This document shows, in pieces, positions 53,006 to 64,000 of a DNA stretch of 64,000 nt (positions are counted from its first letter, which is position 1; each line of letters opens with the position of its first letter). The notes beneath the pieces were generated by a model. It saw only the letters and a list, made by a program, of their open reading frames with translations, did no database searches and had not been told where the DNA came from. The position numbers and the translations under genes were made by a program. The DNA comes from Octopus sinensis. Taxonomy: Eukaryota. The stretch lies in contig NC_042999.1 in NCBI RefSeq assembly GCF_006345805.1, positions 86,056,001 to 86,120,000 of the forward strand, read 5' to 3'.

Positions 53006-54320
53006 TGAATTTAGATTTCTGTTTCACTGAGGGCAAACTAGGATTGAATGGTAAATGTGTTTGCGTTACTCTAAAACAGTGTTCGCCTGCAAATGTACAA
53101 AACCACTTTTATTTTAAAGGGAACAGAAGTAGGTGTATGACGAAAATCAAAACCACGTCTCTTTCGTGACTCTATGTTGGTTCAGTTATATCAAATTTTG
53201 TTATAAAAAGTGTAAAATCACACAGGCACATATAGTAGACAAAACACCACACAAGAGTAAATGAAACTCAGTAGAGCAAAATTTATACATGTAGAATTAT
53301 ATGGTTAATATGGGATTAAATATAAATTATAACTTAAATCCTCAGAGTTCGTGAAAAAAAGAGACGAGCAAGCATGCAAATATTTCTTCAGCAACGACTC
53401 ATTTGGGAACGACCGCAATCATCTAAGATTTGAATATTCTATTAATGGATGAAAATGTGTGCGAGTGTGCGTGGGTCCTTGTGCTTGCGTGCGTCCGTGT
53501 GTGTGTTTTCATGCTTATGATATACATACATACACACTTACATATATGTATATTTATTGTTGATCTTACCATCACGGAACAGTATAATATCTATCTATCT
53601 ATCATCTAAATGTGTGACTATGTATGTATGCATGTGTTGTGTGTGGGTGGATGGGTGGGTGTGTATGTGTGTATATGTATATGCATATAAATACTATTAC
53701 ATTTAGACTGAAACTAAGATCTGAACACTAAATAAATAATAAGACCTTTGTAAACAGCTCAATTACCTTCCATGGAGGAATAGAAATGTCAAGAAGATAT
53801 AACGGTAAGCAAAATAGGAAACATAAAGAGAGACTATGTTTTTCCACATATTTGCTTGTGAGAACTCACCTATTAATTACTACACAAATAGTTAAATAGG
53901 CTCTTCCTTCAAACCCTAATTATATATCAAGCTACAACATCCTCATATAACGCATTATGCTCAGTAAAAGTAAAAGAAGGAAAAGACGACGAAAATTTTA
54001 AATTGAATCATTTTGTCACGATCTATTGTTTTATTATTACTAAAGTGGACTCTAGTTAACTTGATGCAGCAAATCAAAAATTTGAACTAATATCACATTT
54101 ATAGTGATACAATAACCTTGAAGAGATGGCATGTCACTTGTGAAGTAGTGAATGGTGAGGAAGCGTCTTTCACAAATTGAGGTGATTGATCGATTGTTCG
54201 AATGATTAATCTAGAAACCGATTAGTTAACCGGTTAAACTCTAACGAATTAATAATAATAATAATAATAATAATAATGATGATGATGATGATGATGATGA
54301 CGAGGATAATAATAAAAAAA

Positions 54321-54547
54321 AGTATGATAAAAAATATTCAGACAAATACATAACAAAAACACCAGGACTTACAAATGTATATAACATACAGAAAATTGCG
54401 CTACTGGGCACTGCACACATCCTACGCAAAACACTTTCAATACAGTTAACCGTAAGAGCATCGCAACAAACCACAGAATATACCCAAGGCACATAGAGCT
54501 GCGCTCGGTAGTGAAGTGAAAGCAAGCTATAAAAATATAACCACTAA
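54321..54547 (+). mobile_element. Heavily 5'-truncated RLE LINE (R4/Dong-like) inside a (TAA)n tract
   Basis: DKYITKTPGLTNVYNIQKIALLGTAHILRKTLSIQ plus 3' UTR; (TAA)n/(TGA)n on both sides (54250-54320, 54548-54610). Confidence 0.85.
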
Positions 54548-54568
54548 ATAATAATAATAATAATAATG

Positions 54569-54610
<42 letters not shown>

Positions 54611-56010
54611 GTAAAAGGTGTGAAATAGCACCAATGCGTGTGTTTCTTATTGGTGCAATGACCCTCTCGAGATACAACAAAACTGTTTCAACGCACGAGT
54701 TCATATCAAGAATCTTGCAAAGCAAATACCAAAAAAAAAGGAAAAAGAAAACTAAATAAATAATTGAAATGAATTAAATATGGATTGATGTGGATAAATA
54801 GATGGGATGGCAACAACTGAAACGCCTATGATACTACAAAGATTACAACAGCTACATCATCATCATGATCTTTGTCAATAACAGCAACAACAATAACAAC
54901 AACAACAAAGTCATTACGACGAATTATTTAGAAAAATCAGCAAACATCTTCGCTCTTTGAAAGTCAGTGTTATGCAACGATCTGACCCTATAAAATAAAC
55001 ATCAGCTTGTATCTATATAAAGTTGTCACATCCCACTTCGTGTCTTTCGGTATATAATTTTCATAATGTCGAGCATTTTATCTCTCTAATTACAAGAATT
55101 ACAATCTGAGGTTGTAATACAATATGAGGTTGTTGAAATCTGAAGTTGTTGTCCGAAGAAAATAAATCAACACTTCTGTTGTAACTGTTTTGCTGGCGAG
55201 GGTCAATAATAACGCTATTACTGTTAGATTTACCGTGATCTAGATAATTTCATTAAAACAAACATTGAATAACGTATCAAAATATAACATGAACAAACCT
55301 GCGTGTTAACAGCTTTGATCTTTTTCTTGACATCAACCTGATCAATTACTGAGTCTTTACAAGTTCTAAATGTGACACACATTGGAATATTGTTCATACA
55401 TTTGGGACAGTGTTACTGAAACAGGCATATCACAAACCGATACACCAGAGCGATTTGCTTTCAGATATGTTGCTTTATCTATCTGCATGTTCTATCGCTA
55501 ACGATTGGTTTTCATATATGCTGCTTGGTCTATCTGCATGTTCTACCGCTACTACAATGCCTTCTTTTCTTCTAAACAAGAAACCCGAATTCCATTTCAA
55601 CGAAGACCACACGATATTCTGGTAATTCTTCCTCTTATCATTCCCGTTGTCTTTCCCTCTTTCCGACCTCTGTATTAAACACTTTGCTTAATGTTAACTC
55701 TCTAGAAATACAGATCTCTTGAATTCTCACATTCTACTTTTATACAGATATCAATCGCATCGATCTCGTTGGCTCTGGGGTGCGTTTACAAAAGCCATGG
55801 ACACCAAACCTATTCCATTAATGTTTTCTGGTCACTTAATTCTAACAAGCACACAAAAATTCAATTTTCCGTTGTTTCCATAAATAAATCACAGAAGCAG
55901 TATAACTGCTTCTGTACTCTTTTAATGCCATTCACAAACCATCAATAACTGTAACCATTATCTTAGTAATAATCACTTCCTCAGGAACAATGATGACGAC
56001 GACGACGACG

Positions 56011-56070
<60 letters not shown>

Positions 56071-56099
56071 GCAACAAAAACTAAATCCTGAATCTAATG

Positions 56100-56470
56100 C
56101 AGAACAAAAAGTGGACGTACAGAAGGCAAATAAATCGACCGTGATGAACAATAATAAAGCATGCCTTTACAACATTTCCGTGAATTCGAGTTGAATGGCG
56201 AAGCTGAGGCAACAGCATTCGTTATACAGGAGCAGGCTATTATTTCTGAATATATTGAAAGCAATATTCACAGCTCCTTCAATATAAATGATATGTCGCT
56301 TATGTGGAGCATTTCCTGTGACAATACTTCACGTTGTATCAGGATGTCCCACACCAGCTCCTACAAAAGATATTTGAGACACAATAATGTAGCAAAACAG
56401 TTATACATTGATCTGCCAATTACATCGCAACTGATTCAAGAAAACATTTTGTGGTACACATAGGAATCTG
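56100..56470 (+). mobile_element. RLE LINE fragment (CCHC knuckle region)
   Basis: EAEATAFVIQEQAI...CRLCGAFPVTILHVVSGCP...RHNNVAK; follows (TAA)n at 56013-56070. Confidence 0.75.
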
Positions 56471-56665
56471 TAGCCGCCTAGAAAATGGCTATGTAAAAAA
56501 TATAGAAATGTCCTGTATTTCAGCATACAGAAATACAATGATATAGTACATAATAAGCCCGAAATCGGTCTTAAGGCAGTAAATAACAGCGTATTTATCA
56601 CCGACATATCAGTGCCAAAATATATTACAGTATAATATATTTATAATAATAATGATATATATTAA

Positions 56666-56707
<42 letters not shown>

Positions 56708-56714
56708 CATTTCC

Positions 56715-56810
56715 ACTATAGGCAAAGACCAGAAATTTTGGGGAAGGAGCAAGTCGATTACATCGATCCCACTGTGTAACTGGTACTTATTTAATCGATC
56801 CCGAAAGATG
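56715..56810 (-). mobile_element. SINE family A 3' half
   Basis: AGTCGATTACATCGATCCC...AACTGGTACTTATTTAATCGATCCCGAAAG; its tail is the (TAA)n at 56665-56708. Confidence 0.8.
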
Positions 56811-56814
56811 TTGA

Positions 56815-57606
56815 AGATAAGACAGACAGAGAAAAAAGATGACTGTGGATGAATAAAAGTGATTTAAAACCGGAAACAGAGAATTTAATTTGTGCTACCC
56901 AAGAGCAAGCACTAAGAACAAACTACATAACATACAGAATAGACAGCACATCAGAAAGTGATAAGTGCAGAATCTGTGAGCAAAACGGTGAAACCGTATG
57001 GCATATTACCAGCCAATGTATGCCACTTGCCCAGTAGGAATATAAGAGACTTCACGACAATATAGCCAGGCTTGTCCATTGGACACTTTGCAACAAGTAT
57101 GGACTTGACAGAGCAAAAAATTGGTACGACCACAAACCTGAAGGCATTGTCGAAAATAGAAGTGCAAAGATCGTATAGGATTTTATGATTCAGTGTAACC
57201 ATGAGATTGAGAATATTAAGCCGGGCATATTCTTAATTGAGAAAGACTATGCTGGATTATAGATATAGCATGCCCAGCTGAGAACAAGGTATGCGATAAG
57301 GAAGAAAGAAAAGTCGAGAGATATGACAGGTTAGCTTGGGAAGTTAAGCAGTTGTGGTCGATGAAAAAGGTAGCAGTTGTACCAATAATTGTCGGAGCCC
57401 TAGGAACAGTGAGCAAAAATCTCGAGAAGTACGTGGAACAACTAGGGACTGCAATAAGGGTGGAGCACTTGCAGAAAACAGCACTGCTTGGAACCGCTCG
57501 AATACTCCGGAAGGTGCTCGAAAAATAAGAGGTGTTACCTTAGTTCACTGGTAGTGAACAGCTGAAACTGTAGTACATCTCCAGCTTTAGAAGCTGTGTT
57601 AAGGCA
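56815..57606 (+). mobile_element. 5'-truncated RLE LINE (R4/Dong-like)
   Basis: WMNKSDLKPETENLICATQEQALRTN...CRICEQNGETVWHITSQC...IIDIACPAENK...VVPIIVGALGTV...LQKTALLGTARILRKVLE; ends in (TAA/CAA)n. Confidence 0.92.
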
Positions 57607-57654
57607 ATAAATAATAACAACAACAACAACAACAATAATAATAATAATAATAAT

Positions 57655-58980
57655 GCTTAAGGTATATGGTTGCCAAGTGGTGAAATGATGAAGGGAATTC
57701 AACCTCAATCCAACTATAGATACCTGGAAATACTTGAGGCAGATGGAATCAAACACAATGACATGAAGGAAAAGAAAAAAAAAGAGTACCTGCGGCTAGT
57801 GAGAAAAATATTGGCTTCAAAGCTGAGTGCCAGAAACAATTTCGGCAATAAACTCGCGCGCAATCGCAGTAGTTCAATATGCCTCTGGAATCCCAAAGTG
57901 GACAGAGGAGGAGCTAAAGGACATGGAGAGGAAGTCAAGAAAGCTCACGATGTATGTAACCCATTATCCATGTGCAGACACTGACCGCTTATACATAAAG
58001 AAAGAAAATGGAAGAAGGGGACTGATAATGAGAGCCTAAAGTAAGGAAACCTTGCTAGTGCCAGTTAGGAACGAGGGAATATTGAGAGCAGAGAAAAAGG
58101 GGAAAACGAAGGAAGAAGTACAAAAAGGACACAAAGAAGAATCACGCAAGAAGGGACTACACAATCAATTCCATGTAGCCACGACAAAAGTTACTGGAAA
58201 AATAGGTAAGAATGGCTGATGAAAGGAGCACTAAAAAACAGACACTATACTGGCAGCACAAGACCAAGCTTTGGTCACGAACTGGAGGATCAACCTTAGG
58301 AATGAGCAAGTGTCTCCGTTGTGCCGCATCTGCAATAGAGTGGGTAAAATCATTGCCCATATCACGAATGAATGCCCTAGACTTGCTCAAAACCACTACA
58401 AATTGTGGCGACACGACCAGTTAGCGAAAGTGCTACATTGGAAACTGTGTGAAAAGTGGGGGCTAGAGAGAGGCAAATGTGATATGAGAACAAACCGCAG
58501 AGATTGGCAGAGTCGGAGACTAGCAAAATCCTCTGGGATTTCCCAATCCAAACTAATCAGGTGCCAGAGCATAACAAACCGGACCTAGTCGTGGTGGACA
58601 AGGTGCACCACATATGCTATATAGTTGATGTTGCATGTCCCTTTGAACCATGAATAGTGAAGAAAGAAGGCAAAAAGATAGATAATTACAACCTTCTTAA
58701 GTACGAAATTGCACGGCTATGGAAAATGAAGGTGAAGATAGTGCCGATTATTGTTGGGTCCTTGGGAACAGTATTAGAGGGCATCAAGAGGGATATAAAG
58801 AAAATTGGAATGGAGTGCCCAGTAGAACTGTTACAAAAGGTTTGCCTCCTTGGCACAACTAGAATAATCAAGAAAGTATTAAATAACTGAACAGATCGAA
58901 TAGCATGGTACCGTAGGCTGCAGGTAGTAAGCCTGCTACGGATGTAAGTCTCCAGGAGCTCCAAAAAAACTGTGACAAAA
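57655..58980 (+). mobile_element. 5'-truncated RLE LINE (R4/Dong-like), different subfamily
   Basis: KEYLRLVRKILASKL, ADTDRLYIKKENGRRGL, CRICNRVGKIIAHITNEC...RHDQLAKVLHW, KPDLVVVD..IVDVACP..KKE.KKIDNY (RLE PD..D..K), IVPIIVGSLGTV...LLGTTRIIKKVL. Confidence 0.93.
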
Positions 58981-59009
58981 ATATAATAATAATCCTAATA
59001 ATCTTTTCT

Positions 59010-59190
59010 ACCATTGGCACAAGGCTTGAACTTTTGGGGGTGGAGAAAAGTCAATTACATCGATCCAGTGTTCTATTGGTACTTAATTTATCGACCCCGA
59101 AAGGATGAAAGGCAAAGTTGACCTCGGCGGAATTTAAACTCAGAACGTGAAGACGAACGAAAGTTGCCTGGCATGCTAGCGATTCTTCCT
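59010..59190 (-). mobile_element. SINE family A
   Basis: Full core; tail-to-tail with the preceding LINE across a short TAA tract. Confidence 0.88.
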
Positions 59191-59219
59191 TAACAGCAAC
59201 AACAACAACAACAAGAAAC

Positions 59220-61020
59220 GCTCTGGAGAAAAATAAAACGAGTGAAAAGAACAGGAATTGATTAGTGAGATCCAATCACGAGGACTGAAGGAGGCGGACA
59301 GATCCTCTCTGAACGAATAGGCAAAAAAGACGAACGATGTACTGAAAGATATTGGAACGGAAAATGTACCTGATACAAATAAACAGCTACGGCTGTGTTT
59401 GTTGCTAGGAAAATGGTATTTGTAAGCCCATTGAATGTTAAAAGAGGGAAGGAACCATGTTGGAAGAGAAGAATTAAAAATCCATTATCGAATTAAGAAA
59501 GCATATAATCATATTAGAGTGCCTGAAATTTTCTTAAGTACCAGAAAATGTATATGGGTTTACAGAAAGATCAATAGCCAACTAGAAAACAGAGTTAATT
59601 TTCTGCAGTAAACAGTTAAAATCTGTTAACATACGAAGAAGTAAATTTCAGAGAGACAGCTTATCGCCACCCTTATTTGTCATCTGTACGACTCCCTTGA
59701 CCCAAGTCCTTAAAAAAGTGAAAATGGGATCAACCATCTGTTACTCATGGATAATTTAAAGCTATTTGTGAAAGCTGAGGATGAAATTTATAGCTTAATA
59801 TCTACTGTAAACCTGATTAACAGGATATTGGGATGGAGTTTGGGATAAAAAAATGTGACGTTGTAACCCCGAAACGTGGAAAACTTACAAAAAGTAGAGG
59901 GATTGAGCTTACAAATGGTCAAATTATTAAACATGTGGGAGAGGAAGGACACAAGTATTTCGGAATCATTGAGTTGATCAAAGAGAAAGAAATGAAAGAG
60001 ATGTTAAGGAAGTAGAGGACTAAATTGTGAAAACTGTGTCAAAAGCGAGGAAAACAGCCTTTGTACCTTGAAAATGTAAAGGGTAACATGCTATTGAAAG
60101 TAAGGGACCACGACACACAGAAATCTGCTGATGCAGTAACACTGAATGAATGCAAAATGAGAGTGAAAAAAGTTATGCATGGATAATACACTAGAGATAA
60201 AGCAGGCATTGATTGGATAAGAGTTAGTTGTGGCTTAGAAATGACGATCTGAAAGGATGCACTGAAGCTCTGGTGTGCAGGAACACAGTACAGGATCAGC
60301 TCTCTGAACTAACAACATTAAACATGTTGACAAAATGAAAGAATCACTATTATGTAAAATGTGTAGAATAAAAGGAGAAATGGTCAGCCATCTTGTAAGG
60401 GAATGTGCTAAGTTGGCACGGCGAGAGTACGACATGATAATGTTGCCAGATATATCCACTGGATGATATCTGAGAAATGTGAATTTGCCAGAGTAGCTAA
60501 AAGGTATGAGCAGAAACCTGAAGAGGTTTTAGAGAATGAGAGATTTAAGCTTTTGTGGAACTTCAAAATTCACTGTGAGAGAATGATTGAGGCAAGAAGG
60601 CCAGGAATTGTAGTTGCCAACATGAAAGAAAAAAGAAGCCCAAATTATCGATATCTCTACTTCAGGAAATAGTAGAGTGAAAGATAAAGAGTATGAAAAG
60701 ATGGAGAAGTATGAGTCACTGAAGGATGAAGCTGGAAAGTCGTGGGGGATGAAAGAAGGTTTTAGTGATTCTAGTGATGATTGGAGCATTGGGATGTATA
60801 TCGGGCAGATATGAGAGCTTGCATCGGAATTAATGTAAGGTTGCATGTCATGCAGAAGACAGCAATTCTTGGTATAACAAGTAGTTTAAGGAAAGTTTTG
60901 TGCATGTAAGGCACAAGAGAGGAAGCAGTAAGGGATCGTTCTCAATTTGTTGACCGCTTACTAACTAAAATGTCCGGACCGTTTAACATCTAAGTGACCG
61001 AGATTTACAAAAATGAATAA
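59220..61020 (+). mobile_element. Internally deleted RLE LINE (R4/Dong-like)
   Basis: EPCWKRRIK, FQRDSLSPPLF, INHLLLMDNLKLF (YMDD region), GMEFGIKKC, CKMCRIKGEMVSHLVREC, LLWNFKIHC...RRPGIVV, MQKTAILG..LRKVL. Confidence 0.88.
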
Positions 61021-61094
61021 CAATAATAATGTTTTTCTTTTACTTGAAGTCAAATTAGAAGTTTCCAATGCGTGTATAGGTAATTAAATAAATC

Positions 61095-61380
61095 TTAACA
61101 ATTGGCAGGCATTTTATAGTATCCCCGCGGGAAATGAACTCAGAACGTAAACCTGCATGATATTTTGTCCAGCACTCTACTCATTTTGTCATTTGTCACT
61201 CTAATAATGATTTCAAATACAAACACATAACAATATATTATGAGAAAAGAGCGTGGTCGATTTAATCGGCCCTAGTTCTAGAGGGGCATTTATTTTGCCG
61301 AGCTTGGGAAGTTGAACAATAAAGTCGACTAGGAATGATTTGAACTCGTAATATCACATTGTGCTGAATAACGACTAACA
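61095..61380 (-). mobile_element. Two decayed SINE family A fragments
   Basis: GAACTCAGAACGTAA at about 61136; AAAGTCGAC...ATTTGAACTC at about 61320-61348. Confidence 0.6.
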
Positions 61381-62399
61381 TTATTAGTTTGCAGTTCTGA
61401 ATAATAAATAGTGACATTAATAAAAAACAAAACAAAAAAAAACAAACAATGAAAGACCGAAATCAAAATGTTGAGGATGACTTATCTCTATTTCATTGAT
61501 TTGTGTCTAATTTCTAGTTTGCTTATATGTTGTACTATCACCAATAGCTGATTCCATATAAATGGGGCACAAGTCGAATGAATACCAAATCAGTTTAGTC
61601 GGAACTAAAGTAAGACGGCAATACAAACAAGAATCTTTGTATGATTTGGCTCTGAGTTGAAGCGAAAACGAGGACTTTGAATTTGAATACTGACAATTTA
61701 AATAAAAGACAGGACTTTACTTATGAAGTCCTGAAAATAAAACAGAAAATACATTAAATCGGAGAGAAAATGCGTTTGTGCTCCATTTGCATATTTTATA
61801 GCCATACTGTGTGGGATAAAAGATCTGGGGAGTAAAATAGCCTTCAGAAAGAAATAATTTTGGATCTTTACAGAGTCACTAATCTAAGAAGATACTTAAA
61901 ACTATAACCGCTACCAAACATAAACACACAGCACTTAAAAGTAAGAATACAATTAGAACACAAACAATGAAGAAAATAAAAAGTATACAAACTACGAAAA
62001 TAAAAACTAACGTATAAACATAAATTCGAAAGATAAACCTATAGCAAGAAAAAAAAGAACGAAATCAAACCTCAATAAACCTTCAGAAACTCAACTCACA
62101 AAAGCTGAACCAGAATTAGACCAATGAAAATGAAGATGAGATAGTAAGTTCTATCAGTAGAAAGATGTGCGCTGGGAACCTTAAATATGACAATTGTATA
62201 AATGATGTATTTGTGTTGTGTATGTTTATGTGCGTGTGAGTGTGTGCGTGCGCATGTATATTAGTGTGCATATGTACATGTGGAGTGTTTTATTTAAGAA
62301 TTTAATAAGATAGACTATACACCCACGAAAGATCTCACAGTATAAAATTTAACGATAAGATGGTAGCAACGATAAAAAAATCCTCTATCTGTATCACAT

Positions 62400-64000
62400 G
62401 GACAGGGTGGAACCAGAAGCGAATATTAAAATCAACCGGATAAGTCAGTAATATATGTAACACATACATTAGTTGTATTAGAAGTGTGCTTCCTTACAGC
62501 TTGATATAAGGATATATCTGAACCTATACAAACCTTACTGAAAAAAACGTGCAAAAAATATAAAAGATAAAATATAAGATCTCAATATCGTTTATGAAAT
62601 AGATAGCAAAGAGACACAAATGATAAAATACGTTATACAATGTAACATAAAAGAGGAACATACTCTATTAGTATTACAACATAACTTTAAAATATGCTTC
62701 TGAAATGAAAGAGTACGTAAGAATTCTTCGTTAAGTCGCAAATAATTCGTTGTTATCAGAACAGTTTTTTAATCGAAACAAATAATTCTTCACTAAGCCA
62801 AAGCAATGTTATCAACAATTATCTACAAACAAAATAGAAATCAATTTAGCGCCAACAACAAAAGAACTATAAACCTTGGCGGAAGAGAGCATCGGCAGTA
62901 GATGGGTCACCACAAGGGAAAATATTAAAAACAACAAACAGTCACCAGAAAATCTCAAGAAGAAATAAGATTCAAAGAAGGTAACTCAGAATACAAATAA
63001 TTGGAAAATACCTGAAAATAACAGTAACAAAGTAGTTACAAAGCTATTCAAAGAACTATTGAAAGAGCCAGAAACAACTATCGAGAAAACACATCGTAAT
63101 CACCAAAACTGACAAAACACGGAACCTCCTAAAAGCATAGACCCATAAAATGTTTGTCTACAAAATTTTAGCAACAATATTATCGTACAAAATATACGTT
63201 CACTAGGAAAACAAAAGAAAATAAAAAACAACATAAGTTTGCTTATAAAGCGAAAAGAACTCTGCAAAGACGTATGAAACGATTAGTTGCTGATCACCAT
63301 ATCCGTAATTGATGAAGAAAAGCTAAAGCTAATCTGAACATGACATAGTGTTGTGTTTCCCAGTCATGAAATCTGAAAGCATGGACTATAACACCAGTAA
63401 ACACATATACGTCATATTAGTCTTTAGTAAATGAGAAGTAGTTTTAAAGAACCATCCAAACTAAAAAGAATTTATAAACATATATATATATAAAACAGTC
63501 GACATTAAAGGAGGAATATTTCAGGAACATTTTCTACACCTCTCCTTTCGTATAATTTCTGTCTATGATTAAACCAATATTCCTGGCCAGAGGCCAGAGT
63601 GGGGATGGATATGAAAGCAATAGCATTACAAACAACCATCTGTATATGGAGGACCTCGAGCCGTATGTCAAGCTGAAAAGCATCTTACGAAATTTATAAC
63701 GATTTAGGAAGATAAAAAATGGAATGGTATTTGAGTTGGAAAATTGCTTCAAAACATCCTTTAAGAAAAGATTCAAACCAGTGATAACCCATCAGTGAGA
63801 GAAAGAGAAATTAGATGATTCAACTAAAAACGAAGAATTCGAAATTTACTGAATTAGATGAATTACAATCAGATGAAAGAAAAGGTTAAGAAGGAATATT
63901 ATAAACAACTTCAATTAATACTAAAAGCTTAATGAAACAATGAGGCAATATGTATCAGTAATAGTCATTCCAGTAGTAAATTACAGTTATAATGTGCTCA
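62400..64000 (+). mobile_element. Old RLE LINE RT region, continuing beyond the window
   Basis: IKGGIFQ, NHLYMEDL, GMVFELENC, MKEKVKKEYYKQLQLILK, IPVVNYSY motifs in broken frames. Confidence 0.75.

Overview
This is AT-rich, microsatellite-laden eukaryotic (animal) DNA. The SINE families and repeat landscape suggest an octopus/coleoid cephalopod (inference). The only host coding sequence I can support is one 293-nt internal exon of a Wnt5 orthologue on the minus strand (17894-18186) with canonical splice sites. I found no neighbouring Wnt5 exons, so most of the window is probably giant introns. The rest is mobile DNA: about 19 copies of one SINE family, about 6 of a second tRNA-headed SINE family, about 10 fragments of restriction-like-endonuclease (R4/Dong-type) LINEs all on the + strand and mostly anchored in (TAA)n tracts, APE-type LINE and Penelope-like remnants, an intron-containing IS630/Tc1 transposon, a DD41D mariner foldback, MITEs and two non-autonomous Helitrons. 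There is a 100-N gap at 1862-1961. Top leads: (1) the Wnt5 exon encodes WGEC in place of the near-invariant WGGC, one A-to-I edit from consensus, and sits among inverted SINEs; (2) a (TAA)n landing-pad pile-up of RLE LINEs; (3) a Helitron carrying a 99-bp copy of nearby flanking DNA; (4) a DD32E transposase with a spliceosomal intron. Most ORFs in the supplied track are microsatellite artefacts. TE boundaries are approximate unless exact termini are quoted.
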